DNA of 64,000 nt from an uncultured cyanobacterium (GCA_963710605.1 CAVQBA010000004.1:416001-480000); one strand, 5' to 3'; counted from the stretch's first letter, positions 9,579 through 20,309 are shown. A program made the numbers and translations. The notes: generated by a model not told the origin, from the sequence alone.

Positions 9579-9920
9579 CTTTATTTATTTTTAAGAGTTG
9601 GAGGAGTAACAACTCAATTTCTGAAGGTGAACGGGTAGCTATCACATCCAATTCAATTAACAAATTACTCAACAAACTTCATGACGATCGATCGGCGATC
9701 GTGATTTAGGAGAAAAGTAGGAGAAAATTAATCTTATTGTTTATCAGCGCTTAACTAGGTAAATACTAGAAAACTAAGTATAAAGATACTAATATAAGTT
9801 GATTTATCAGCCTAATCTAGGAGAAAAGTAGGAGAAAACACGAATTATACTATTTACTTAACCTTTCTTACCGTGAAGCTCAACCCCTGAAACCCGTGTA
9901 TGGTGTAGGTTATAGAGGAA

Positions 9921-9992
9921 AGCCTTTGACGAGGATTGAACTCGTGACCTCACCCTTACCAAGGGTGTGCTCTACCACTGAGCTACAAAGGC
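9921..9992 (-). tRNA. trnT: tRNA-Thr(GGT)
   Basis: Reverse complement GCCTTTGTAGCTCAGTGGTAGAGCACACCCTTGGTAAGGGTGAGGTCACGAGTTCAATCCTCGTCAAAGGCT folds as a cloverleaf. Confidence 0.97.
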
Positions 9993-9995
9993 AGA

Positions 9996-10077
9996 TGGGC
10001 CGTGCTGGATTTGAACCAGCGTAGGCGTAGCCAGCGGATTTACAGTCCGCCCCCATTAACCACTCGGGCAACGACCC
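9996..10077 (-). tRNA. trnY: tRNA-Tyr(GTA)
   Basis: Reverse complement GGGTCGTTGCCCGAGTGGTTAATGGGGGCGGACTGTAAATCCGC..GTTCAAATCCAGCACGGCCCA with long variable arm; Tyr-Thr tandem arrangement. Confidence 0.97.
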
Positions 10078-10358
10078 TTTTGTTTTCACAGTTATATATT
10101 GTAGCAAAACTATGAGCAAAAAACCACCTTGATTACAATTTTTTTTGAGTAGCTCTAGACTCAACTCTCTTTATCAAATGATCAATTAAAGATGTAATCG
10201 GGTTTTGCGGTATTTGTTCAAGTTAAAAAAAAATCAAAAAATCTGACGTAAATTTATTGAGTAACGATCGATCGATTAGCAATAGGGTTCAAAAAATGAT
10301 TAAAATAATGAAGTGATGAATTTTCACATAAATAAATTAGTGAGTTTAAGAGCAAAAT

Positions 10359-10898
10359 ATGAAAAAATTACGTAATCTTTTAATTGGTGCCGGTTTAGCC
10401 GGTGTAGGTGCGATCGGTGTCAAAAAGGCAGTTGATTATTTCCAAGACAAAAAAGAAGCTAAGGCTGCACAACAAAATCAATTTACACCCGTAACAGCAC
10501 CAGAAGGTGAAGACGAAATTATTCGTAATCCTCAAGAAGAAGTTGCTTTTGCAGTAGTTGAAGAAAGTTCTGTACAAGGCTTCTTGGATAAAAGTTTCGG
10601 CGATCCTGGTCGTTATAAACCTACTCGTCAACCAAAAATCTTTGAATATCAAGATGAAGATTATATGGTGATTTGGGCTTATGATAACAAAAACAACAAA
10701 AATCAAATGTTAGTTTTCCTCTATACCGATTCAGGTAGAGAAATGATTGGTAGTGTCGGCTATACTAATTCAGCTACTGATTACAATCTCAGTATGGGAA
10801 GTACTCCTTTCGCCGTCGAAATCAATGGTGAATTGTTTGAATCAGGTCAAGGTAACACTGATGGTACTAGTGATGTCAATTTTGTTTTAGCTAGTTAA
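10359..10898 (+). CDS. Hypothetical protein with N-terminal Gly-rich membrane anchor
   Basis: 179-aa ORF; LLIGAGLAGVGAIGV hydrophobic segment. Confidence 0.75.
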   Translation: MKKLRNLLIGAGLAGVGAIGVKKAVDYFQDKKEAKAAQQNQFTPVTAPEGEDEIIRNPQEEVAFAVVEESSVQGFLDKSFGDPGRYKPTRQPKIFEYQDEDYMVIWAYDNKNNKNQMLVFLYTDSGREMIGSVGYTNSATDYNLSMGSTPFAVEINGELFESGQGNTDGTSDVNFVLAS

Positions 10899-11038
10899 AA
10901 TTAGTGATTGTCTTTCTTTTAACAATTAATAATTAATTACTTAAAACCTTAATTGAATCCCCCTTGTTTGACGCTGGGGGGCTATTTTTATGCGTAAATT
11001 TTTCAAAGAAAATAAAACTAATCAGCTTCTTTTGATTA

Positions 11039-11683
11039 TTATGTAGAAACCGTTTGTCCTATTTTTGGCTCTGTACCTTCAATAATCCTTTTAATATTAC
11101 TTGTGTGTCGAGAAATAACATAGGCGGCGGCAACTACGGCAAATAATAGGTAAGGAAGAGTCGGGATTAAGAAAAACATCGAAACAGCAACCGAAATAGC
11201 CGCACTAATCGAACTTAAAGAAACTATTTTAGAAATTCCTAAAACGCTGACAAAAACTGCTAAAGTCGATAAACCCAACCAAGGATTAATCGTGAAGAGA
11301 ATACCTAAACTAATCGCCGCTGATTTGCCACCTGAGAAGTTTAACCAAATCGATTTACTATGTCCTAAAAGAGCGAATAAGGCACAACCAACAATTAGCC
11401 AATCAATACCATTTGTCGGTAACAAGTTAGCATCTAGATGAGCGTAACTGAATCTAACTAGATAAATTGCTAATGCCCCTTTAAGCATATCAATCAACAA
11501 TACAGCGATCGCGGCACCTTTACCAACCGTTCTTAATACATTAGTTGCACCCGTTGAGCCAGAACCGTATTGACGAATATCAATACCTTTGAGGGCTAAA
11601 GCTAAAAGATAACCTGTGGGAATTGAACCTAATAAATAGGCGATGACAATTAAACCAATCACAAACAAAACAGAAATATTCAT
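11039..11683 (-). CDS. plsY: Glycerol-3-phosphate acyltransferase PlsY
   Basis: AYLLGSIPTG, DIRQYGSGSTGATNVLR, GHSKSIWLNFSGGKSAA, RHTSNIKRIIEGTEPK. Confidence 0.95.
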   Translation of the reverse strand: MNISVLFVIGLIVIAYLLGSIPTGYLLALALKGIDIRQYGSGSTGATNVLRTVGKGAAIAVLLIDMLKGALAIYLVRFSYAHLDANLLPTNGIDWLIVGCALFALLGHSKSIWLNFSGGKSAAISLGILFTINPWLGLSTLAVFVSVLGISKIVSLSSISAAISVAVSMFFLIPTLPYLLFAVVAAAYVISRHTSNIKRIIEGTEPKIGQTVST

Positions 11684-11864
11684 AGTCTAGGATTAACAAT
11701 TAATAACTAACAATTAATAACTAATAATTAAACTATAGCAGTGTTGGATAGAATTGAGAATACGAAGCCTTAGCCGAAAGCATAAACATAAAACAGACAA
11801 TAACAAGATAGTAAATGTTAAGTTAAAAATAAAATAGATTTGATTTGGTTAGAAGAAGGTTTTT

Positions 11865-13217
11865 ATGGTGAATGTAATTAATAAAGTATCAATGCCTGAA
11901 TGGCAACAAAAATTATTGTGGATATTAAATCCTGTTTCCTATATGGAAAAAGCGGCAGCCGAACATCCTGACATCTTTACCACAACTATTACAGGTTTTA
12001 GCGGTGATTTGGTTTTTGTGAATAATCCTGAAGCCATTGGGCAAATATTAACAAACGATCGACAAACGTTCTTTGCTGATGGTGAATTAAATGGTATTTT
12101 AATCCCCATTGTGGGTAATTCTTCTCTACTTTCATTAGATGGTAAAAAACATAAAAGAGAGCGTAAATTAATGATGCCTTCTTTTCATGGTGAAAGAATG
12201 CACTATTATGGGCAATTAATTAATGAAATTGTCGATCGAGTATTTAGCCAACAAAAAATTGGTTCAGTATTTACCGCTCGTGAAATGATGCAAGATATTT
12301 CCTTACAAGTTATTTTGCAAGTAGTTTTTGGTTTGAATCAAGGAGAAAAATACGATCGTATAGCCCATCTGATTAAAGCACTTTTAGAACCATTTAATCA
12401 ACCGATTAACTTTACTTTTTTAATCTATGAGTGGTTGAGAAAAGATTTAGGAAAATGGAGTCCTTGGGGTCGTTTTTTAAGTATCCAAAGAGAATTAGAC
12501 GAATTAGTATATCAAGAAATTAACGATCGTCGAATGGAAGATAATCACGATCGAGTTGATATGTTATCAATGCTTCTCAACGCCAAAGACGAAAATGGTG
12601 AAGGCATGAGCAATCAGCAATTAAGAGATGAATTAATGCTAATTTTGTTTGCCGGGCATGAAACAACAGCGATCGCTATGACATGGGCTTTATACTGGAC
12701 TCATTATCATCCCGAAGTCAAAAATAAATTATTAGATGAATTAAATAATTTGCCAGATGATCATAAAGATGCGATGACAATTTATAAGCAACCCTATCTC
12801 AGTGCAGTCTGTAACGAAACCTTGAGAATACATCCTGTGGCAATGCTTACCTTTCCTCGTGTAGTTACTAAACCCGTAGAATTACTCGGACATCAATTAT
12901 CTGAAGGTACTATTTTAATGGGCTGTATTTATTTAACCCATCAACGAGAAGATTTGTATCCTAATCCTGATCAATTTCAACCAGAACGATTTTTAGACAA
13001 ACAGTATTCACCTTACGAATTTTTTGCTTTTGGTGGTGGTGTACGTCGTTGTATCGGTGAAGCATTAGCAACTTACGAAATGAAGCTAGTACTCGCTAAA
13101 CTAATCCAAGAATATAACTTAGAATTAGTTGAACACAAAAAAGTTAAACCTCGTCGCCGAGGAGTGGTTTTAACTCCAGAAGGAGGAATCCCAATGATTT
13201 ATCGTGGGAAGAAATAA
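11865..13217 (+). CDS. Cytochrome P450 (CYP110-like)
   Basis: AGHETTA I-helix, ETLR, FQPERF, heme motif FGGGVRRCIG. Confidence 0.93.
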   Translation: MVNVINKVSMPEWQQKLLWILNPVSYMEKAAAEHPDIFTTTITGFSGDLVFVNNPEAIGQILTNDRQTFFADGELNGILIPIVGNSSLLSLDGKKHKRERKLMMPSFHGERMHYYGQLINEIVDRVFSQQKIGSVFTAREMMQDISLQVILQVVFGLNQGEKYDRIAHLIKALLEPFNQPINFTFLIYEWLRKDLGKWSPWGRFLSIQRELDELVYQEINDRRMEDNHDRVDMLSMLLNAKDENGEGMSNQQLRDELMLILFAGHETTAIAMTWALYWTHYHPEVKNKLLDELNNLPDDHKDAMTIYKQPYLSAVCNETLRIHPVAMLTFPRVVTKPVELLGHQLSEGTILMGCIYLTHQREDLYPNPDQFQPERFLDKQYSPYEFFAFGGGVRRCIGEALATYEMKLVLAKLIQEYNLELVEHKKVKPRRRGVVLTPEGGIPMIYRGKK

Positions 13218-13497
13218 ATCAGTAATTAGTAATGATTCTTTTAGCTATTCTTAACTGTTAAGGATTTCAACCCTTGATGCTTAATATTATTCTATTTATC
13301 TATATATTGTTATATATATGATGCTTGATTTTGGTCAATTAAATCTCTCTTAAGATAGTTATTAAATAATTTTAATTAAGTTAAAGTTAATCTAATTAGT
13401 TAGTGATCAAATATAGATAAACTCAAATTTAGAGATTGGGTAATTAATCAATTTTGATTAGGCTAGTTAAATAAAAAAATTAGGTATCATTTGTCTC

Positions 13498-14019
13498 ATG
13501 TTTAATAATCTTAATCCTTTTGTTGAAGTTATATTAGCAGGTATAATTTCTTATATTGCGATCGTTTTTATTTTAAGATCATCAGGAAAAAGAACTTTAG
13601 CCAAATGGAATTCTTTTGATTTTATTGTTACCATTGCTTTGGGTTCTATATTTGCAAGTTCTTTAATTTCGACTAAAGATACTTTTGGTAAATCGATCGT
13701 CGCTTTTGCTTTACTTGTCTTTATTCAATATGCTATCACTTGGGTAGCTGTTCGCTCAGATGTGATTCAAAAACTAATCAAAAGTGAGCCTAGTTTATTG
13801 CTGTATCAAGGTAAGATGCAAAAGGATATTATGAAAAAACAAAGAGTAACTGAAGGTGAAATATTAGGAGCAATACGTACTAATGGTGGTTACTCAGTTG
13901 AGGATACAGGTGCAGTTATCTTAGAGACAGATGGTAGTTTTAGTGTAATTGATAAAATTGATCCTAGTGCATCTGCACTAAAAGATGTTAGAGGATACGA
14001 CAGGTTTAATAATCAATAA
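13498..14019 (+). CDS. DUF421/YetF-family membrane protein
   Basis: GKRTLAKWNSFDFIVTIALGS, LIKSEPSLL, ILETDGSFSVI. Confidence 0.85.
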   Translation: MFNNLNPFVEVILAGIISYIAIVFILRSSGKRTLAKWNSFDFIVTIALGSIFASSLISTKDTFGKSIVAFALLVFIQYAITWVAVRSDVIQKLIKSEPSLLLYQGKMQKDIMKKQRVTEGEILGAIRTNGGYSVEDTGAVILETDGSFSVIDKIDPSASALKDVRGYDRFNNQ

Positions 14020-14084
14020 CTAACGATGGATATCAATTGATACTTCATACTTTATCTTTTATCTTTGTTTATATCGTTCGAGCT

Positions 14085-14483
14085 TTAATTATAATTGACG
14101 GGATAAATCCAACGATATAACCAATGTTTTTTTCCTTGACTACTAATTTTTTGGACTTGTTGAGAAAGGTAATAATGTTGTTTATCAGATAATCTTCCTC
14201 GCAAAATAACTGTACTTTGCCAAACTAAAACCGAAGTGATTAAACCCAAACAAAAACTAATCCCGACAGCCGCTAAAAGATTAAACTCCATTCCGATACG
14301 TATTGCCGCCCATGTACATTGTTCTTGACATAAAGAAATTGTTTCCTTAAATTGCCAGATTGCCCACGGCATAATTAATAACCAACAAATCAAGACTACT
14401 AGCCATCTACCATAAAGATAAAATCGGTAAAGTCTTTTTATTTGTTTTTCGGATACTATTTGTTCGTTAGATTGTTCCTTCAT
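14085..14483 (-). CDS. Hypothetical membrane protein
   Basis: 132-aa ORF with two hydrophobic segments and a QGKKHWLYRW tail. Confidence 0.7.
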   Translation of the reverse strand: MKEQSNEQIVSEKQIKRLYRFYLYGRWLVVLICWLLIMPWAIWQFKETISLCQEQCTWAAIRIGMEFNLLAAVGISFCLGLITSVLVWQSTVILRGRLSDKQHYYLSQQVQKISSQGKKHWLYRWIYPVNYN

Positions 14484-14828
14484 AATTTATTAGTGAAGTA
14501 CTTTTACTGACAATAATTGATTAGTTTAATCAATTAAATCAAGAAACGTCAATATCAAATGATTAATCATATTGATTAACAAAATACTCATCTCATAATT
14601 ATCTTAGTCAAATTATTTGTAGCCAACTTCTACTGCAAGATTAATTATAATCATAAAAGCACGATCGTATTCAATCAATCATAATTAGTCAGAGTAAGTG
14701 CTAATTGATTACATTGATAACTTTACCGCTTAATAATTACAGACTAATCTTAAGCGAAAGTATAGACAAATTATTTGAACTTTACTTAAAATGCCGCAAA
14801 GCTAAGTAAAGCAAGAAATATACATTTA

Positions 14829-14902
14829 CGGGACTGACGGGATTCGAACCCGCGACTTCCTACGTGACAGGCAGGCGCTCTAACCATCTGAGCTACAGTC
14901 CC
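14829..14902 (-). tRNA. trnD: tRNA-Asp(GTC)
   Basis: Reverse complement GGGACTGTAGCTCAGATGGTTAGAGCGCCTGCCTGTCACGTAGGAAGTCGCGGGTTCGAATCCCGTCAGTCCCG. Confidence 0.96.
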
Positions 14903-15095
14903 ATTAAGCTGACATATACTATGCTAACGAACCAATTATAAAAAGTCAAGCATAATAGTAAATTTTTCTTGAATTTATTTATAAGTAGGAAAAATAAACA
15001 AACCCTGACTTTAGATTTTTGCAGAATCATGTGTTTGTGACGCTTAGCAGTTAAAATAAGCATTTAGTCCTATCTTCGATATAAAAATTAACAAT

Positions 15096-16299
15096 ATGAG
15101 TCGTGCTAATAAAGTAGTTTTAGCTTATTCTGGGGGTGTTGATACCTCTGTCTGTATTCCTTATTTAAAAAATGAATGGGGGGTAAAGGAAGTGATTACC
15201 CTCGCCGCTGATTTGGGGCAAGGAGAGGAATTAGGTCCGATTAAAGCCAAGGCTTTAGATTGCGGTGCAGTAGAGTCTTTGGTAGAAGATGCTACAGAAG
15301 AGTTTGTCACTGATTATGCTTTCCCGGCGATTAAAGCAAATGCTTTATACGAAAATCGTTATCCATTATCTACGGCTTTGGCTCGTCCTTTAATTACTAA
15401 GTTATTAGTTAGAGCGGCGGAAAAATATGGTGCTGATGCAGTTGCTCATGGTTGTACTGGTAAAGGAAATGACCAAGTTCGTTTTGATTTAGGTATTACT
15501 GCCCAAAATCCGAATATTAAAATTTTAGCCCCTGCAAGAGAATGGGGTATGAGTCGTGAGGAAGCTATTTCTTATGGCGAAAAGTTTGGCATTGAAGCCC
15601 CTGTCAAAAAGTCTTCACCTTTTAGCATCGATCGTAATTTACTCGGACGTAGTATAGAAGCAGGTTCCGTTAGAAGATCCGATGACAGAGCCTCCTGAGG
15701 AGATTTACGCTTTAACTAAGTCGGTTGAAGATGCTCCGAATGAACCTCAATATGTAGAAATAACTTTTGAAAAAGGTTCTCCTGTAGCTGTCGATGGAGA
15801 AGGTTTATCTCCTGTGGCTTTGATTACTAAAATTAATGAAATTGCTGGTAATCACGGTGTGGGTAGAATTGATACGATCGAAAATAGAGTAGTAGGTATC
15901 AAATCTAGAGAGATTTACGAAGCACCTGCTTTATTAGTTTTAGTTAAAGCGCATGAAGATTTAGAGGCTTTGACTTTAACTAGCGATGTTACTCATTATA
16001 AAAGAGCTCATGTTGATGAAATGTATAGCCGTTTGATTTATGACGGTTTGTGGTTTAATCCTTTAAAAAGTGCTTTGGATGCTTTTATCAACGAAACACA
16101 AGAGCGTGTAAGCGGTACTGTAAGAATTAAATTCTTGAAAGGTAATGCTACGATCGTTGGTAGAAGATCAGATTATTCTCTTTATAGCCCTGATTTATCT
16201 ACTTATGGTGCAGACGATAAATTTGATCACAAAGCCGCTGAAGGATTTATTTACGTCTGGGGATTATCTACCAGAGTTTGGGCAGAAAAAAATAAATAA
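15096..16299 (+). CDS. argG: Argininosuccinate synthase (split by a frameshift near 15667)
   Basis: [49 protein letters not shown] across two overlapping ORFs. Confidence 0.95.
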
Positions 16300-16365
16300 G
16301 AATTTCTAATTTTTGTTTTCTTTTGAGCAATATATTATCTGCTTAATCAATAAAATGACTCTTCT

Positions 16366-16396
16366 TCCCCCATCTATAATGTAGGTGGGGGATTTT
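16366..16396 (+). terminator. Probable intrinsic terminator after argG
   Basis: TCCCCCATCTA-TAATG-TAGGTGGGGGA followed by TTTTT. Confidence 0.6.
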
Positions 16397-16471
16397 TGCT
16401 GATTTGTATAATAGAAAAGACAAAGCCTACCTTGTCTAAGAGAGTGAATATTTGAATTTTTATTTTTTTTC

Positions 16472-17086
16472 ATGAGTAAAAAATATACTTATATTTTGTT
16501 TTACAAACCATATAATGTTCTTTGTCAGTTTACTGATGAAAGTATTCATACAAACGATCGACAAACGTTAAAAGATTATATTTTAATTCCTAATGTTTAT
16601 TCAGTGGGCAGACTCGATTTAGACAGCGAGGGTTTATTACTTTTAACTGACAACCCACGGGTAAAACATCATCTTTGTGAACCGAGTTTTGCTCATCCAC
16701 GAACTTATTTAGCTCAAGTCGAAAATATACCTACTAGTATTGCTTTAAAACAGCTAGAAAAAGGAATAATGATTAAGGGTAAAAAAACAAAAAAAGCAAT
16801 TGCTAAATTACTGGTTTCTCCTCCTGACTTTCCTTCTAGAAATCCGCCGATAAGAGAGCGAAAACATATTCCTACCGCATGGATAGAATTAACTCTCACC
16901 GAAGGAAGAAATCGTCAAGTAAGAAAAATGACGGCGGCAGTAGGTAATCCCACTTTAAGACTGATAAGAACTAAAATCGGTGTATCTTCATCTTCACAGT
17001 TAGAATTAACTTTAGCTGGTTTATCCGTCGGGCAATGGCGGTATTTAACACAGATTGAACAAACACAGTTAGAAAAATTAGTCTAA
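16472..17086 (+). CDS. rRNA pseudouridine synthase (RsuA/RluE family)
   Basis: [38 protein letters not shown]. Confidence 0.9.
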   Translation: MSKKYTYILFYKPYNVLCQFTDESIHTNDRQTLKDYILIPNVYSVGRLDLDSEGLLLLTDNPRVKHHLCEPSFAHPRTYLAQVENIPTSIALKQLEKGIMIKGKKTKKAIAKLLVSPPDFPSRNPPIRERKHIPTAWIELTLTEGRNRQVRKMTAAVGNPTLRLIRTKIGVSSSSQLELTLAGLSVGQWRYLTQIEQTQLEKLV

Positions 17087-17165
17087 GCTATTTAACTTTT
17101 AAAAGGAAGGAAAAAAGATCGCTCAGGTTTTAACTAACTAACTCACTCACTGCTATATTATTAAA

Positions 17166-18203
17166 TTATTGACGATCGAGAATACTAGCTACAATTCGAT
17201 ACTCCCAACAAAAAATTGAATAACCATAACCCAAATTTTCCACAGTTTTTATTTGTTTTTCTACTTCCTCTACGGGGAAAAAACCTGCCCAATTACCTGT
17301 ATAAATACCGATCGCTACAGGTATATTCGATGGTAAACTCTCAAGACGAGAAGAATTAATTGAATCAGTAAGTTGTGCGGTAGTCGGGCGATATATTTGA
17401 ATAACTACCTCATCTAGATAACCTTTTTTTGCCCAACCTAACCAATCTTGATTGTATTTTTTTAAGGAAAAACCATAAGGATTAGGAGAAAGACTCAACT
17501 CCATCTCAGGGTTTATTTGTTTAATCCGCTGAGATACTTTACCAGTTAAATCAGTCATGGCTTGGGTTTTATTCCCAAACTGAATCGGCACAGCCCAATG
17601 GTCATCTAACTGAATACCTGCTAAGTTTTTATATTGGGCTACCTCGGTGATAATGTTTAAAATGTATTCTTGTACCTGTGGATGTTCAGGATTTAACCAG
17701 ACAAAATTATTGATAATAGTTTCACCATCATTGGTTTTTAATAACCATTCAGGATTATCTACTGCAATCTGGTTACTCGGATTAAGCATTAAACCATACT
17801 CTAACCAAGCATATATTTTCAAATTCTGTCTTCTACCTTCAAATTCTACGGCTTTTAAAACATCTGTAAAAGGAGGTAAAAATAAAGGATGACTTGTAAC
17901 TGTAGTTGAAGGATAAATTGTCCCTGTTAGTCCGTAAGTGCTAATGTATATTTGATTGTATCCAGATTTAGCTAGATGATGAAAAACATTATCTAAAGTA
18001 AAAGTATGATGAAAAACAGAAGCCCCGACATTTGTCATCCAAACGCCTCTGATAGTTTGCTCTTGATTTTGGTTGTTACTTTTAAAACTCGGTGCAGGGC
18101 GTAAAAGTAAATACAAGAGAAACAGAATTATTAGAATACCTACTTTTTTAGTTGTAGATAATAGTTTTGCTAATTGTAGTTTTGACATCATTATATATAG
18201 CAT
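17166..18203 (-). CDS. Glycoside hydrolase-like family 10 (DUF187) protein
   Basis: IRGVWMTN, YAWLEYGL, WLNPEHPQVQ, GIQLDDH, QDWLGW. Confidence 0.85.
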   Translation of the reverse strand: MLYIMMSKLQLAKLLSTTKKVGILIILFLLYLLLRPAPSFKSNNQNQEQTIRGVWMTNVGASVFHHTFTLDNVFHHLAKSGYNQIYISTYGLTGTIYPSTTVTSHPLFLPPFTDVLKAVEFEGRRQNLKIYAWLEYGLMLNPSNQIAVDNPEWLLKTNDGETIINNFVWLNPEHPQVQEYILNIITEVAQYKNLAGIQLDDHWAVPIQFGNKTQAMTDLTGKVSQRIKQINPEMELSLSPNPYGFSLKKYNQDWLGWAKKGYLDEVVIQIYRPTTAQLTDSINSSRLESLPSNIPVAIGIYTGNWAGFFPVEEVEKQIKTVENLGYGYSIFCWEYRIVASILDRQ

Positions 18204-18337
18204 AAATACAAGTAAATACTTAAAAAGACATTCTCTCTCCCTTTAAATATAGACACACAAAAATCCATTCCTCTGCTTACTCAGCGTCCTCTGCGGTTGA
18301 TTAAAATATAATTATAAATATCCCAACCAACCCATTA

Positions 18338-18386
18338 GTAACCCATCGTTATAAATGTTGGGTTTCGTTATCTCAACCCAACCTAC
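18338..18386 (-). repeat. Compact GTAG-type REP (GTAGGTTGGGTTGAG-ATAAC-GAAACCCAACA) plus the TAACCCATC half of a partner REP
   Basis: Same arms as the long elements at 41-45 kb but with a short loop. Confidence 0.75.
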
Positions 18387-18426
18387 GGCTATATTTAATT
18401 CTCAATTCTCAATTCTCAATTCTCCA

Positions 18427-19878
18427 TTAATCTAAATCGCTTTCCATAATCATTGTTGTTGCTTTAGCTATACTCGCTTTAAATTCAGACACATTTACTT
18501 TATTTAAAAGTATTAATGCACCAACGATACAAGATGCTTCACAGATAAAAACGAAACTGTAAGCTAACCAAGCATTATTAAACAAAAATCGAGCCAAGTC
18601 TAATAATGCACCTCCTAAAGCGATCGCAATTCCTCTTGACATAGATTGAGCTAAACCCCACGCCCCAACAAATGTACCTGCGGTTTCAGCGGCAGTTAAA
18701 TCTAACATCAAACTAATAGAGGCGACAGTAACGATACCTGCGGCGATACCAAATATTACCATTGCCCCTTTAAGCATTGAAGGTTGAGCAGTTAAACCTG
18801 CTAGAATAATTAAACTAAAAGATAAACCGACTAAAATACAACCAAGTCGAGCGGTGTTGTTTTTGCCTAAACGAGGTACAACAAAAAAGCCTGTGGTGCT
18901 ATAACCGATTAGAATACCAATCCCCCAAAATGAATTAAGTAAAGTTGTATCGCCAATTTCCATGCCGAAAACTTCCGCCCCATAAGGCTCTAAAACTGCT
19001 TCTTGCATAAACAAACTCAGACTAATCATCACCAGAAAAAAGAAAAAGATTCCTGTTTGTCGAGAAGAAGTAAGAATTTTTAAGGCTTTTTTCAAATTCA
19101 TGGCTTCTTCACGATCGGCTAAACTAGAACGAAGATGATAACGAGAATATTTTTTCTCCACTCCCCAAGTCGCAATCAAGGTTAAGATAAAAACAATGAT
19201 TGGTACTGTAATAAATATAGAATTAATTGGTGGGATTAATACTTCTAGAGGAATCGCTTCGCCTTCTACTGGAGCAAGATTATCAAGTAATACTTTACCT
19301 GTAATACCACCTATAACGATTCCTACCATCAACATTGACCAAATAGTCGCCACAATTTTGGAACGATCGTTTTCATCGGAAACATCAACTAACAAAGCTG
19401 TAAACGGTGTTGAACAAGCACCTGTAGCGATACCTTGAATAATGAAGACTATGGCTAAAACGATCGTCATCGTCACCGTAAATGTATTTAACTGCCAACC
19501 ATTATTCGCCTCTATATTCTTACCAATTAACCAAATAATTTGTGTTGCTGTAAAAATTGCAATTCCTAAAACCACAATCCCACTACGAATATAACCCGTA
19601 CGATGTAAACCAAATAATTTTTTACTATCAGATAGTTGCCCTAACCAAATACGAGTTGGTGAAATTAATTGCGAAATAGATAATACTCCTGCCACAATTG
19701 TTGCCGGGATAGCCAACTCAGCAATCATGACACGGTTAAGTACAGCTAAAATTAAAACCGAAATTAAGCCAATACCTAGATTAAATAAACCAAGTCTTAA
19801 TGTGGTGATGCTACTAACTCTAGGCATTTTGCTTGAAACTGATGATGATGAAAGAGAATTTTGATTATTAGTTGTCAT
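18427..19878 (-). CDS. PucC/BCD-family MFS protein
   Basis: LRLGLFNLGIG, LNRVMIAEL, GQLSD, HRTGYI, LEPYGAEVFGM, AGTFVGAWGLAQ. Confidence 0.9.
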   Translation of the reverse strand: MTTNNQNSLSSSSVSSKMPRVSSITTLRLGLFNLGIGLISVLILAVLNRVMIAELAIPATIVAGVLSISQLISPTRIWLGQLSDSKKLFGLHRTGYIRSGIVVLGIAIFTATQIIWLIGKNIEANNGWQLNTFTVTMTIVLAIVFIIQGIATGACSTPFTALLVDVSDENDRSKIVATIWSMLMVGIVIGGITGKVLLDNLAPVEGEAIPLEVLIPPINSIFITVPIIVFILTLIATWGVEKKYSRYHLRSSLADREEAMNLKKALKILTSSRQTGIFFFFLVMISLSLFMQEAVLEPYGAEVFGMEIGDTTLLNSFWGIGILIGYSTTGFFVVPRLGKNNTARLGCILVGLSFSLIILAGLTAQPSMLKGAMVIFGIAAGIVTVASISLMLDLTAAETAGTFVGAWGLAQSMSRGIAIALGGALLDLARFLFNNAWLAYSFVFICEASCIVGALILLNKVNVSEFKASIAKATTMIMESDLD

Positions 19879-20309
19879 GGTTGAGAGTTAATAGTTAATA
19901 GTTAAGAGTTAATAGTGAGACACCATAAATCGTAATTTGAACATTTATTATTTTTCATCCTTTTTTCTTTATCCTTTATTATCAATTATTTTACCGAAGG
20001 ATACTGAGATAACTTTCAATTTGGTTTGCTTTTAGGTTACAAAAAATCTCCAATTGTTAAGAAAATATTACAATTTTAATAAATCTCAATATAAATATAG
20101 TCACTTTTATTGTCGAAAAAAGCTGATTAAAAAATCGATAAGGTATTGATCGATACAGGTGAATGGGAAGTTCAGCAATTAACTATAGATAATCAATTAT
20201 TGTTTTTTATCGATCGATAATTAAATCTCTATGAATAAAGATTATTCGCTCGTCAGGTTATAATGACCTTAATATTAATTTTTTTTAAGATATAACTGAA
20301 TTATAAAAG

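Larger units (their letters stand above)
4190..9963. mobile_element. Integrative element (~5.77 kb) inserted in the 3' half of tRNA-Thr(GGT)
   Basis: Identical 44-bp direct repeats AAGCCTTTGACGAGGATTGAACTCGTGACCTCACCCTTACCAAG at 4190-4233 and 9920-9963; the second is part of the intact tRNA. A tyrosine integrase lies next to one end. Confidence 0.93.

Noticed and set aside
9910-10164. 84-aa ORF in the track
   Set aside because: Overlaps tRNA-Tyr and tRNA-Thr; it is a translation of tRNA sequence.
14829-14902. tRNA-Asp as a second integration site
   Set aside because: No duplicated tRNA-Asp fragment or nearby integrase found in the window.
15096-16299. Programmed frameshift or genuinely split argG
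   Set aside because: Single-base shift with no slippery site or stimulatory structure, in a window with many similar lesions; assembly error is more likely.
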